Below, one piece after another: positions 13,431 to 25,000 of a DNA stretch of 64,000 nt. The notes beneath the pieces are model-generated. The model saw nothing but the letters and a program-made list of their open reading frames with translations, did not search any database and was not told the DNA's origin. The stretch comes from Somniosus microcephalus (taxonomy: Eukaryota). Location: positions 323,268,001-323,332,000 of the forward strand of contig CM126204.1 in NCBI GenBank assembly GCA_052327205.1. The letters are read 5' to 3'. Numbering within the stretch: position 1 is the stretch's first letter; the number at the start of each line of letters is the position of its first letter. The translations under genes were made by a program, and so were the position numbers.

Positions 13431-13534
13431 GGGAGTGTCAAATCAAATAATGGTGTTTCTTATTCTTCTTCACTCTCCTCCCCCTCTTCTTGGTGAACCA
13501 CTGGCTGGGCAGACTGGATTTCTTGGGTATCTGA

Positions 13535-15110
13535 AATGAGGAAGGCACAAGGGTCATGAGGGGAGATCGGAGAGAAACTGGAGAAAGATGTGTGTTCAGG
13601 GCTAGAGCAGGGGGGAACCTTAGAGGAAGTTTGGCCCAGTAGACTAGGGGAAGGAAGGACGTGGCAGAGGCAGCTGAACGGATGGTCTCAATCCTAGAGA
13701 CAAAGAAGTCCATGAGCTCCTCACACTTGTTATCGGAGGTGAGGGTGGCGGAGACAGGGGAGAGTGGTTTAAGAAGATGGTTAGCAGTAGAGAATAAGAG
13801 CCGGGGTTTATCTTTGTATTCCAGAATGATTCTGGAGCAGGGCCCGATAATGCTTTATGTGGTCCAGCCAGATTTGGCGGTGAATGGCTAAACCAGTTCA
13901 AGGCTGCGTCCCTTGGATTTGAGGGAGTGAAGATGAGGGCCGTATCAGGGGGAACGGCCAGGGTGAGAGAGAGTAAGGCCTAAAAATTCGGTTGCTTTGC
14001 TCCTCCTAAGAGGGCGCTAACAGGGTGTAAAGCAACGAGTGCCTGGGCGCAACGCCGCCAAAGCCTCCTGCGAAATTCAGTGGGAGGTTAGTGGCAGCGG
14101 TAACCGTTAGCGCCCTGTGGCGCTGCGCCGCCGGCGATAACGTCATCGCCGTGCACAGGGCCCCGCTAGCGCCCCGGCCGCAATCTTCGGTAGCATCCCT
14201 TGACTTACCGCCGGACGCTATGTCCGATGGGGTCAGGGGGGCCTACCTGCGGCCGGGGCGGCACTAATTCAAGGGAAGGTGCCGGGCGGCCATTTTTGTT
14301 GCTGGCCGCCTGCCAGCATCTGCCCCCTCTGCCGTCCCCGGCCTCCTGAGCAGTCCCCCCGCGGAGTGCCGGCTGCGCTCCGTGAGCCCGGCACTTCTCT
14401 TGAAAGCTGGGCTCCTTTGCCGGCACTCCGATCCCTGGTGGCCCAGCTGGGCCCCGGGTCGCGCTGCGCTAGGCCCCTCCCCTTTAATAAGGGGAGGAAG
14501 GCCTGCAGTACCGCAGCGTGACGTGCCGCTGCGGCATGTAGCACCGCGATATTCACTCACAGCGCCCCAAGAGAGAGGCGGGGCGCTTCCAGTAGCACTC
14601 CGCTTCCCTCTTGGGGCACTACCGGTGAATTTCGGCCGCGGGGATACTAATTTTTTCGGGAAAAGTAGCGCCCCAGCGAAGTTAGCGCCCCAAAGGGGGC
14701 ACGACTCAGTTTTTCCCCTTAAGTGTTTTAGTAGGGACTTGGGCATCAAAGGTGCTGGTGACGGTGTGGTTGAGCAGATTGGTAGCTGCAAAAATGTCAT
14801 GGTGAATGGAGGGCCAAAGGCTGGACAGTTAGGATTTCATAAGTGCAGTTGTAAGAGAGTTGGGAGAGAGTTTTTTCCAGGGGTGGACACAGAAGGAAGT
14901 AGGGTTGGGGGTGGATGGAAGGGGGATGTGGGTGGAGAGCGATACGAGGAAGTGGTCAGAGATGGCCTTATCTGCGATTGACACGATGGGAGTAGTGAGG
15001 CCATGAGAGATGGCAAGGTTGAGGGGGTGGCTGTGAATATGGGTTGGGGAGTTTACATGGAGGGAGAGATTAAGGGAGGATAGGAGACTAGTGAACTCAA
15101 ATTCAAAGGA
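13535..15110 (-). mobile_element. L2 LINE ORF2 fragment split by the insertion at 13977-14719
   Basis: Minus-strand MDFFVSRIETIRSAASA and pyrimidine-rich L2-like sequence that resumes after 14720. Confidence 0.7.
13977..14719. mobile_element. GC/CpG-rich Harbinger-like non-autonomous element
   Basis: taa|GGCCTAAAAATTCGG...TTTTTCCCCT|taa interrupts the L2. Repeated TAGCGCCC motifs. Confidence 0.6.
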
Positions 15111-15949
15111 TACAGTGTTACATTAGAAGGCCTAATAAGTGGTAGGAATTAAATCCCAGTGAATTTGATTCAAACATGCAAAGAAATGGACATATTTCTA
15201 TGAGTAGCAAGTAGGGAGGTAGGGGCTTGATATTTTAAGGCAGGAGAGGTGAAAATGGTCTGAGCAAGTCCTATCCTTGGGCTTAAAGTGGGTGATGCGG
15301 ATAAATTGTACAGCCTTTACTCATTTCTATCTTCCTATAAAGGATTAACAAAACTGTATTATACAAACTGTGTCAGAGCATGATCCTCAAAAATATATTA
15401 AAAATCCTTTCGTGCAATACAGTGTTATTAGATTAAAGCAGTTGTATACTGTGCAACAGCAAATAATGGCAAAGAAGCTTTTACATGATTTTCTTATCTT
15501 GAGTTGACGAGGATGAAAAGTACAAAGCTAATAGCAGTCGTGCGTGTGTGTGAAAAAGTATTATTGCAGCTCTTAGCTGGTAAATTTGATGTAAGCTAAC
15601 TCTTCTGATAGGTTTTAGATGAGTGTTTCATTATTGAGCATTTAGCTCTGAGCATTCCCTTCTCTATAACACTGATATATTACAACTTTCGTTTATGTTT
15701 AGATTTGTTTATGGGTCCCTCACCAACAAGAACCCTATCAAACAGCCGCTCCCTCTTACACTCTCTGATATATCATGACACAAGGTATAACATGCATTGA
15801 TTATGAGTTCCTCACTACACAGAAACGTATAAAATGTCCTCTCTCTGTAACATTTTTGGATATATCATGACCTCTGATGTAACACCCATTGTTTCTATTA
15901 ACCCCTTACTGTGAAAGAACAGCATTATATTTGTTAATAAGAAAAAACT

Positions 15950-16625
15950 TTTTTAAAATTCGTTTATGGGATGTAGGCGTCGCTGGCAATGCCAGCATTT
16001 ATTGCCCATCCCTAATTGCCCTTGAGAAGGTGGTGGTGAGCTGCCTTCTTGAACCGCTGCAGTCCGTGTGGTGAAGGTACTCCCATAGTGCTGTTGGGTA
16101 GGGAGTTCCAGGATTTTGACCCAGCGACGATGAAGGATCAGCGATATACTTCTAAGTCAGGATGGTGTGTGACTTGGAGGTGGTGGTGTTTCCATGCCCC
16201 TGCTGCCCTTGTCCTTCTAGGTGGAAGAGGTCACGGGTTTGGGAAGTGCTGCCGAAGAATCCTTGGCGAGTTGCTGCAGTGCATCTTGTAGATGGTACAC
16301 ACTGCAGCCACGGTATGCTGGTGGTGGAGACAATGAATGTTTAAGGTGGTGGATGGGGTGCCAGTCAAGCGGGCTGCTTTGTCCTGGATGGTGTCGAGCT
16401 TCTTGAGTGTTGTTGGAGTTGCACTTATCCAGGCAAGTGGAGAGTATTCCATCACACTCCTTACTTGTGCTTTGTAGATGGTGGAAAAGCTTTGGGGAGT
16501 TGGGAGGTGAGACACTCGCCGCAGAATACCCAGCCTCTGACCTGCTCTTGTTGCCACAGTATTTATGTGGCTGGTCTAGTTAAGTTTCTGGTCAATGGTG
16601 ACCCCCAGGATGTTGGTGGTGGGGG
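15950..16625 (-). mobile_element. CR1-group LINE 3' part, family of 51495-52921
   Basis: ORF ATRAGQRLGILRRV...YKAQVRSVMEYSPLAW, with the tail reverse-complementary to 52850-52921. Confidence 0.85.
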
Positions 16626-16691
16626 AAAAAGTCATCAACGGAAAAGAGATTAGTAGAGGTACCCTTGCCCCTTACATGTTTTAAATTGGTT

Positions 16692-16809
16692 CCGTCGTTT
16701 GGATGAGACGTTAAAACGAGGCCCTGTCTGCTCTCTCAGGTGGACGTAAATGATCCCGTGGCACTATTTCGAAGAAGAGCAGGGGCGTTATCACCGGCAT
16801 CCTGGCCAA
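16692..16809 (+). mobile_element. DeuSINE central-domain fragment
   Basis: Reverse-complement match to 1567-1680. Confidence 0.65.
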
Positions 16810-18251
16810 ATTCGATGGAGCACTTTGGCTAGACTACATATGCCGAATCAACCGAGATTAGACAAGACATGCCTCTGATTAAATAGTGGTCAAAGGAATT
16901 CGTACAAATACATTAAGCATTTCAGTAGTCCAGTTCTTAACATACTCTTGCAAAAATATCTCTGCTATAACACATATTGCTTGTGGATCTTTATATATGT
17001 TCCAAAAATATTTTCCCTTAACACATATTTTGAATGATACCCAATTATAACCTTAAACTCAGTGTTCTAAGGCTAACTGTATCAAGAATTTAGATGATTT
17101 TGTTAAATATTTTGAAATCTTTATAACTTCAAGACTGTGGTCTGCTATTATATTAGTGAGTAATTGCAGGCTATGGACATGGGTATGCAGAGCCTTTATT
17201 GCAGTTGTGATTGGGAGTCCCGAATGGTTGCTGCCTCCCTGGTGCCAGGTGAAAGGGTTATAAAGCTCATGGGAGAGCAGCCAAATGTCATTGGAACTAA
17301 TGACATGGAGTGAGGTACATTTGAAGTATTGCAGAGCGAGTTTATGGATTTAGGCACCAGATTGGAAAACAAAACTGCAAGGGTGGGAATATCCAGCTTG
17401 TTTTCTGTGCCACCCGCTGGACAGATTAAAAGGAGGAAAATTAGGAAGGTCAATGTGTGGCTGCAGGAAGAAAGGGTTCATATTCTTAGGGCACTGGAGA
17501 GATTTCTAGAACAAGAGAAGGCTATACTAAAGGGAGGATGTTCACCTGAACCGAAGCATCACCCATGTCCCTGCAGAAATGGTAGATAGAGCAGTGGTGG
17601 GGGGATTTAAGCTAATACTGCAGGGGGCTGGGGAAAGTGTAGGTTTGAGACCAGAGAGGGACAACCAGGATTATTAAAGCTAGTGGAATAGAAGCAGAAA
17701 GGTTAATTAAAATAAATAGTAAGAAAATACAATGATACGAAAAAGGGAAAGAAATAGACCACGAGGTCGTGAGGGATATAAACACTGTTGTAGAGGAGAC
17801 CAGTGATATCAAAAATTTAAATGAGAAAACCCGGGGGAAAAAAATAAAGGTCAACGTTCCAAACAACTGGAGCCAGAATTGAGTGGTAAGTATGTGAATG
17901 GACAAGTCATTCAAAACAAAATGAGAGTTTGAAGCATTAATAACTATGGAGAGATGTGATACAATAGCTTTAACTCATTCAGAGTGGGGAATGCTTTTTA
18001 GAATGTATTTAGGACTACTTCCTAGATTAGGTTGTTTCTAGTGTAACAAGGAAAAAAGTAGTGCTTGATTTACTCCTGGAAAATGAACTGGGGCAAATAA
18101 TTGATGTGAATGCAGGAGAACAATTACTAAATAATGACCCCAACATATTTACATTCTGTTACAGATAAGCATAGGAAAGAATCTGATTCTGAAAATATTA
18201 GCAGGGATCAAGATGGTTAAGTCACAGGGCATTGATTGCATTCACACACAC

Positions 18252-18575
18252 ACACAGAATCACAGAAACCCCACAGTGCAGATAGAGGCCATTTCGGCCC
18301 ATCGAGCCTGCACCGGCACATATCCCACCCGATCCCCGTAACCCCTACACCAACACATATCCCACCCTATCCCTGTAACCCCACGTATTTAATCCCCCTA
18401 ACACTAAGGGTCAATTTATCATAGCCAATCAACCTAACCCGCACATCTTTGGACTGTGGGAGGAAACCGGAGCACCCGGAGAAAACCCACGCAAACACGG
18501 GGAGAATGTGCAAACTCCACACAGACAGTCGCCCGAGGCCGGATTCGAACCCGGGTCCCTGGCGCTGTGAGGCAA
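18252..18575 (-). mobile_element. HE1-type V-SINE, slightly 5'-truncated
   Basis: V-domain (gtggagtttgcacattctccccgtg..ctccggtttcctcccacagtccaaaga) on the minus strand, nearly identical to the 59529 and 62442 copies. Confidence 0.88.
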
Positions 18576-19190
18576 TCCTCCTTAAATATACAAGTGGTGC
18601 TATGGGACGGGAGAGTAGCTGATATAACCCCCTTGTTCAAGGAGGGAGGTGAGGATAACTTGGGTAACTATGGCTCAGTTAATCTAATATCAGTTGTGAG
18701 TAAACCCTTAGAATCCATAATTTGAGATCAAATTAGTACGAAATGCATGGGTTAATCAAAGATAACCAGCACAGACCTGTTAAAGGCAAGTAGTGTTTCA
18801 TAAATTTAAGTGTTATTTGAAAAATGTTATTGATTGGATAGATAAAAAGGATGTAGTACATAGGGATTTTCAGAAGTTGTTCAATAACGTGTCTCGTAAG
18901 AGTTTTATTAGAAAAATTCAGGCCTGCGGAATAAGACAGAATGTAGCAATAAGGCTAGAAAGTTGGTTGATGGACAGGAAACAAGGAGTTGGGTGTTGCA
19001 CAGGCTGGAGAGTATTGGAAGTGGTGTACCCCAGGGGTGAGTGCTGGGTCTACTTTTGGCATCAATATATATGTAAATGACTTGGGCTTCGATATAGGGA
19101 GCACAACCTTGAGATATTTGCTGATGACGTAACAGCAGTGGGTTTAGGAAACTTTGAAGAGGACTGTAAAGAAACTTCAGGAAGACATAT

Positions 19191-22070
19191 GGGGGAAAAT
19201 TTGGTTGGTTTGCGCCTCCCATTAGCGCCTTAAGAGGGCGCTAATGGGGCACAATGCAACTAGCGCTCATGTGCGGTGATGTTTGCACCGCTCACGAAAT
19301 TGACCAGACATTTTGCGGCGGCACTAAACACTACCACCACGATCTCCTGCGCCCACAGATCGTGACGTCAGTCGAGCGTGCAATGCCCCGGTAGCGCCCC
19401 AGACCGGATATTGAGTGGCGCCCCCTGTCTTACCACCTGCCGCTAGCAACAACAGATTGAGGGGAGCGTTTTGCAGTCGGGAAGGGACTGGGGGAGCGCT
19501 ATTTAAAGGCGACCGCTTCCTGCCTTTTTTTGTCAGCGAAATTTTTGCACCATTCTGAGTGAGTGAGAGAGAGAGGGGAATCAGGGGAATTTATAATGGG
19601 GAACAAAGAAATGGCAGACCAACTAAATACATATTTTGGTTCTGTCTTCACAAAGGAGGACACAAATAACCTCCCAGAGATGCCGGGGAACATAGGGTCT
19701 GATGAAAGGGAGGAACTGAAAGAAATCAGTATTTGTAGGGAAATGGTGTTAGGGAAATTGATGGGATTGAAGGCCGATAAATCCCCAGGGCCTGATAATC
19801 TACATCCTAGGGTACTTAAGGAAGTGGCCCTAGAAATAGTAGATGCATTGCTAATCATCTTCCAACATTCGATGGAATCTGGAACAGTACCCATGGATTG
19901 GAGGGTAGCGAATGTTACCCCACTATTCAAAAAAGGTGGTGGAGAGAAAACGGGGAATTACAGACCGGTAAGCCTGACATCGGTAGTGGGGAAAATGCTA
20001 GAGTCCATTATAAAAGATGTAATAGCAGAGCACTTGGAAAATAGTGACAGGATCGGACAAAGTCAACATGGATTCACAAAAGGTAAATCGTGCTTGACTA
20101 ATCTACTGGAATTTTTTGAGGATGTAACTAGTAAAATAGATAAGGGAAAACCAGTGGATGTGGTGTATCTGGACTTTCAGAAGGCTTTCGATAAGGTCCC
20201 GCATAAGAGATTAGCGTGTAAAGTTAAGGCACATGGGATTGGGGGCAAGATATTGACTTGGATAGAGAACTGGTTGGCAGACAGAAAGCAAAGAGTTGGA
20301 ATAAACGGGTCCTTTTCCGAGTGGCAGGCAGTGACTAGTGGGGTACCGCAGGGATTGGTCCTTGGACCCCAGCTATTCACAATATATATTAATGATCTAG
20401 ACAAGGGAACTAGATGTAATATCTCCAAATTTGCAGACGACACAAAGCTGGGTTGGGCGTGTGTGCTGTGAGGAGAATGTCGAGAAACTGCAGGATGATT
20501 TGGACATGTTGGGTGATTGGGCAGAAACATGGCAGATGCAATATAACGTGGATAAATGTGAGGTTTTCCACTTGGTGGCAAAAACAGGAAGGCAGATTAT
20601 TATCTAAATGGCAATAGATTGGGAGAAGGGGAAGTGCAACGAGACCTGGGTGTTCTTGTGCACCAGTCACTGAAGGTAAGCATGCAGGTGCAGCAGGCGG
20701 TTAAGAAGGCAAATGGTATGTTGGCCTTCGTAGCGAGAGGGTTTGAGTACAGGAACAAGGATGTCTTGCTGCAGTTGTACAGGGCCTTGGTGAGACCACA
20801 TCTCGCGTATTGTGTGTAGTTTTGGTCGCCTTATCTGAGGAAGGATGTTCTTGCCATGGAAGGAGTTCAGCGAAGATTCACCAGGCTGATACCTGGGATG
20901 GCAGGAATGATGTCTGAGGAGAAATTGGGTCGATTGGGCTTGTACTCACTGGAGTTTAGAAGAATGAGAGGTGATTTCATTGAAACTTATAAAATTCTAA
21001 CAGGACTGGACAGACTAGATGCAGGAAGGATGTTCCCGATGGTCGGGGAGTCCAAAACCAGGGGACACAGTCTAAGGATAAAGGGTAGGCCATTTAGGAC
21101 AGAAATGAGGAGGAATTTCTTCACCCAGAGAGTGGTGAACCTGTGGAACTCTGTACCACAGAAGGCGGTGGAGGCCAGTTCATTAAATATATTCAAGAAG
21201 GAGTTGGATATATTTCTTAAGGCTAAAGGGATCAAGGGGTATGGGGAGAAAGCAGGGATCGGGTACTGAATTTGGATGATCAGCCATGATCGCATTGAAT
21301 GGCGGAGCAGGCTCAAGGGGCCGAATGGCCTACTCCTGCTCCTATCTTCTGTTTCTTTGAGAGATTACAGGAGATATTCAAAGCTGTGTTGAGGAGTTTT
21401 GGGTACTGAGCAGCACTTTGCAGGTTCTTTCTGATTTGATCTTCCTTGCATCGATTTAGAAGCGACTATGGGGGCTGCACTCTGAACTCTTTCCCTGGGC
21501 CTCTCCATTGTTCTTTCCAACAGATTTGATGTACAGGTCTCTCCAGGCTGAGATTCAAGGCTGCAATGAGCAGGGTGTGGATGGAAGCAAGATCGACCCT
21601 CCCCTTTAAGAACTGGCTGGCGCTAGTTTGCCTGTGTTCCATTGCTGACTGACATCACATGAGCTTCGCCAGCGCTCTGAGATAGCGCCTTGCTCCTCGG
21701 CCTTTGCGCCTTAAGAGAGGTGTGTAGCACCTGATTTAGCGCTCCAATCACCTCCAGGGGCGATACAAGCCAAGTTTGCAGTCAGAGGCAATAATTAGCA
21801 GCAGGCGCTAAACTTTGTGCCCGGCTGATAATTGCCGAATTTCTCCCCCATAGTATTGGATGGTCAAAGTATATAATCTAGGCTGACACTTAACCAGAAG
21901 AGGAAAGGAGGGAAGTACGAAAGCAGACCCTCACAACCACCATCTGCAGAAAATGAATGAGGGTGATAAAAGCCAAATTTGCAGTCGGAGGTGATAATTA
22001 GCGCCAGGCGCTGAACTTTTCGCCCGACCGATAATCGCACCCCAAACGGGGCGATACTGAATTTCTCCCC
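19191..22070. mobile_element. Harbinger-like TIR element(s) interrupting the old CR1
   Basis: Left end GGGGGAAAATTTGG, two right ends GAATTTCTCCCC at about 21848 and 22070, TAGCGCC motifs. Confidence 0.6.
19563..21357 (+). mobile_element. Young 5'-truncated CR1 LINE, RT domain with few lesions
   Basis: 302-aa ORF with [30 protein letters not shown] and FADD. Frameshifts near 20460 and 20570, stop at 20817, intact 3' UTR. Confidence 0.95.
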
Positions 22071-25000
22071 CATAGAGTTTAGTGGATTGGGCAGACAGAT
22101 GGCAGATGAGTAGAGAACAAGGCAGAGGAATTGGTTTTGAATTACTATAGCAAAGTGCCAGCATAGATACAATGGGACAAATGACCTCCTTCTGTGCTGC
22201 AAACTTCTGTGGTTCTATTGGTCTTTAGGAAGGTAGCGGTGCTGCGATGTTGTCAGTGAGTGAATATTATGGTATGTGTGTACCTCCTAGTCTTATATGA
22301 TCTCTTAGTTACAGAGATCCCAGGGTGGCTTACTCTGAATGCATAAAATTGACTGGAAAGTTAATTATATTGATCATCAGAAATGGGACACTGCAGTATT
22401 GTTATACAACAAAAGTGGACTCGAAGCTTGTTGAATACAACAGGGACTTAAACACTTGAAATCGAGCTATGTTCCTGGGGCTGTGGCCTCACTTCACCCT
22501 TAGAGAAAAGGACAAGAAAGAAAATAATTTAAAGAAAGTGGTTGAAAGTGCTGCTGTTCATCCCCACTCCTCTGTTATAAGTAGGATACATGGTGGAGAA
22601 TCGCTGAATATGAAACTTTCAGTCCAAAATCCAATTATTCAATTGGTTACGCCTTGAACATTTGTGGTTTTCAATTCATAATTTCTTCTTCATTCTATAG
22701 TGCTAAAAGCAAGTCAATAATTTCCTTGAGAAGATAAAAACTTAAAACTAAATACAGGATTTTTTGCCTTTTTCAAAGAATTTATTGACTTTGTTGAATG
22801 CTAGTTTGTGAGGGCTGATCAGCACCCCAAAGGTTAAAGAAGCCTTTTCTCATTTTTAATTGGTTTAACTTTGATCTATTTTATGTAAAGAATCATTGAC
22901 ATTATTCGACAAAATACATAACAGGCTTTTACAGACGTTTGCGAAAAGCTGAATTCTGACAACCAGCACAATCTGTCCCTCTGTTTTCAGTGGATTAATT
23001 ATCGGAAGAGTTGACATCACCTCCCAGACAGCATAGAATGCTCTTTTTATTCTCTGATTCAACTATACAGTCCTCTGGGTTTCACAACAACTCTATAGAA
23101 AAAGAGATAATCTGCCTTTTCTATTTGTTCCACTTTGTACCTTTTCTTTTCTTTTCCTTTTTTTTGTCAAACTGTTAGTCTCTTTTTGACTCCTTCGGAT
23201 TGTCACTGGCAAATTGTAAACCCTCTGCTCCCTTAGAAGTATGTGGATTTGGGATTTTATTTCCTTAAATCCAGAAAACTGGATTATAAGAAAGACAGAA
23301 AAAACTCACACGGGCTGCATTATATACACGATGAAAAGCAAGATGCATGACTGGGGAGTAGGGTGGCAAGAAATTCCAAATCCACTTTATATCCGAGCAC
23401 TCCCCTCCTTCTCTCTTTCTCCCTCTCTCTGTCCCAATAACACTCTCCATTTCCATAATGCATTTATTACATTAGTCCTGCTTTATATTAGATGCTTCTT
23501 TCTGTCTCTCTGGTTTGTATGCTGCTTTAAAACAAAATGTCCTGGAGGAGCTTAGCACCGCATGTCTTCAAGAGACACCTTCAGTGCTCATTTCAAGGCA
23601 TCCGGCCATCTGCCAAATGAAGGTGGATTTAATCTTGTAAAATTAAATTTCGCTCCGCTGACATACTCTTAGGCATCTGCGGCTGAGCGCTGCGGACAAA
23701 CTGAACATGACAGGAGCATTGTTTTTTGTCACATCTACTGTGTTGATCTTTTCAAAGTCTCATAAAAATTTATTGATGTCCCTGTTTGCAGTCTAGGATA
23801 TTAGTGTCTGCAGCACAGATATGATTTGATCTGTCTTCCCTTATTGGCGACCAGCGCTTAGCAATGCTTTTTAATACTTGCTGTCTTATAATCAGTCATT
23901 CCCAAAGTTGCAAGGCGGATGCAGTTAAGATCTGGCCTTTATAGTAAGCTGGTTCCCCCCTGAGGCTGATGGCATTGGTGCTATAAGTATGTAATTTTTG
24001 TACAATACATTCTCAAGTAGATAGATGTATGTTATAGCATCTACATCTTTCAACAGTTAAGTGCCGTGATGAGGAAAGGAGGAGAAAAGAGTTACAAATT
24101 TGATGTGACAAAAAAAATCATTATTTCTCAGTGCTCTGTTTTCGTTTGTAAAAGAATAATGTACATCTGCCATTGCATAATTACTTTAATAAAAAATTTA
24201 TTTCCAACTCATTTTCTAAAGCTGTATAATTGTTTCAAATTGAACTTGTCTAAAAGGGGAAATTTCATAAGAGAGTAGATTGAAACTTCAATAATTTAAA
24301 TGTATAATTGAAGAGTTTTACTTCAGGGTAATTAATAAGAAAATTCTTCCTGGCTAGAATACAGATTAATACGTTCTAAAGGTTAGTAATCTGTTTTATA
24401 GAAAACTAATAAAAAAGAATGTTCCCAGAACGGTTCCAAATATGTTTTGTCACAATCTATCACACACGTCTGTCCATTTGTCATTATTACTCTGCCAGTA
24501 TTTTGCACGCATTTCTTTGGTGTAGTGTTGATTGTGTGGTGTTTTACAGTGTGAAAGTTTTTAGCTGGGTTTATGCATTAAACTTTGCCCAGAGGCTGGT
24601 TAAAGGGATGGAGCTCTAATTGGGAAAGACAGCATTGGTCGAGCCCCAATACTATTCTCCTGCCTGATAACAGCCCCCTGCAAAATCCCACCCACACTTC
24701 TCCACAGAGATAAGGCAATTCTAGGGGAATATCTGTAAAGTAGATGTTCTCCTGCTTGTATTATAGCTGTAGTCTTACAACATTTATTTTGCTGTCACCT
24801 TCTAAGAGTCGCAGTGATGTAGTACCTCAGTGCACATACACAGAGTACACCATTGGATTTGCACCAGTAATTCCACAAACTGTAAATTCTTAATCTCATT
24901 TGTTCCACAAGGAGGCACAGAAGAAAGACCAGGTGCTTCCGCCAAAGAGAAAGAGGAATCAGTAGAGGTAGAAATAACCTGCTGAAGTTTCTCTTACAAA

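Larger units (their letters stand above)
17170..22215 (+). mobile_element. Old, fragmented CR1 LINE (about 17170-18240, 18576-19190, 22071-22215) hosting nested insertions
   Basis: ORF1 esterase-like remnant (IGTND...LGTRLENKTARVGISSL) and RT remnants (ADITPLFK..GNYGSVNLISVVSK). The sequence breaks at gaagacata and resumes at 22071 (catagagtttagtggattgggcagacagatggcagatg). Confidence 0.7.

Noticed and set aside
14205-14981. Overlapping 70-200 aa ORFs suggesting a gene or CpG-island promoter
   Set aside because: They lie in a GC-rich TIR element inserted in an L2 and show no recognisable domain.
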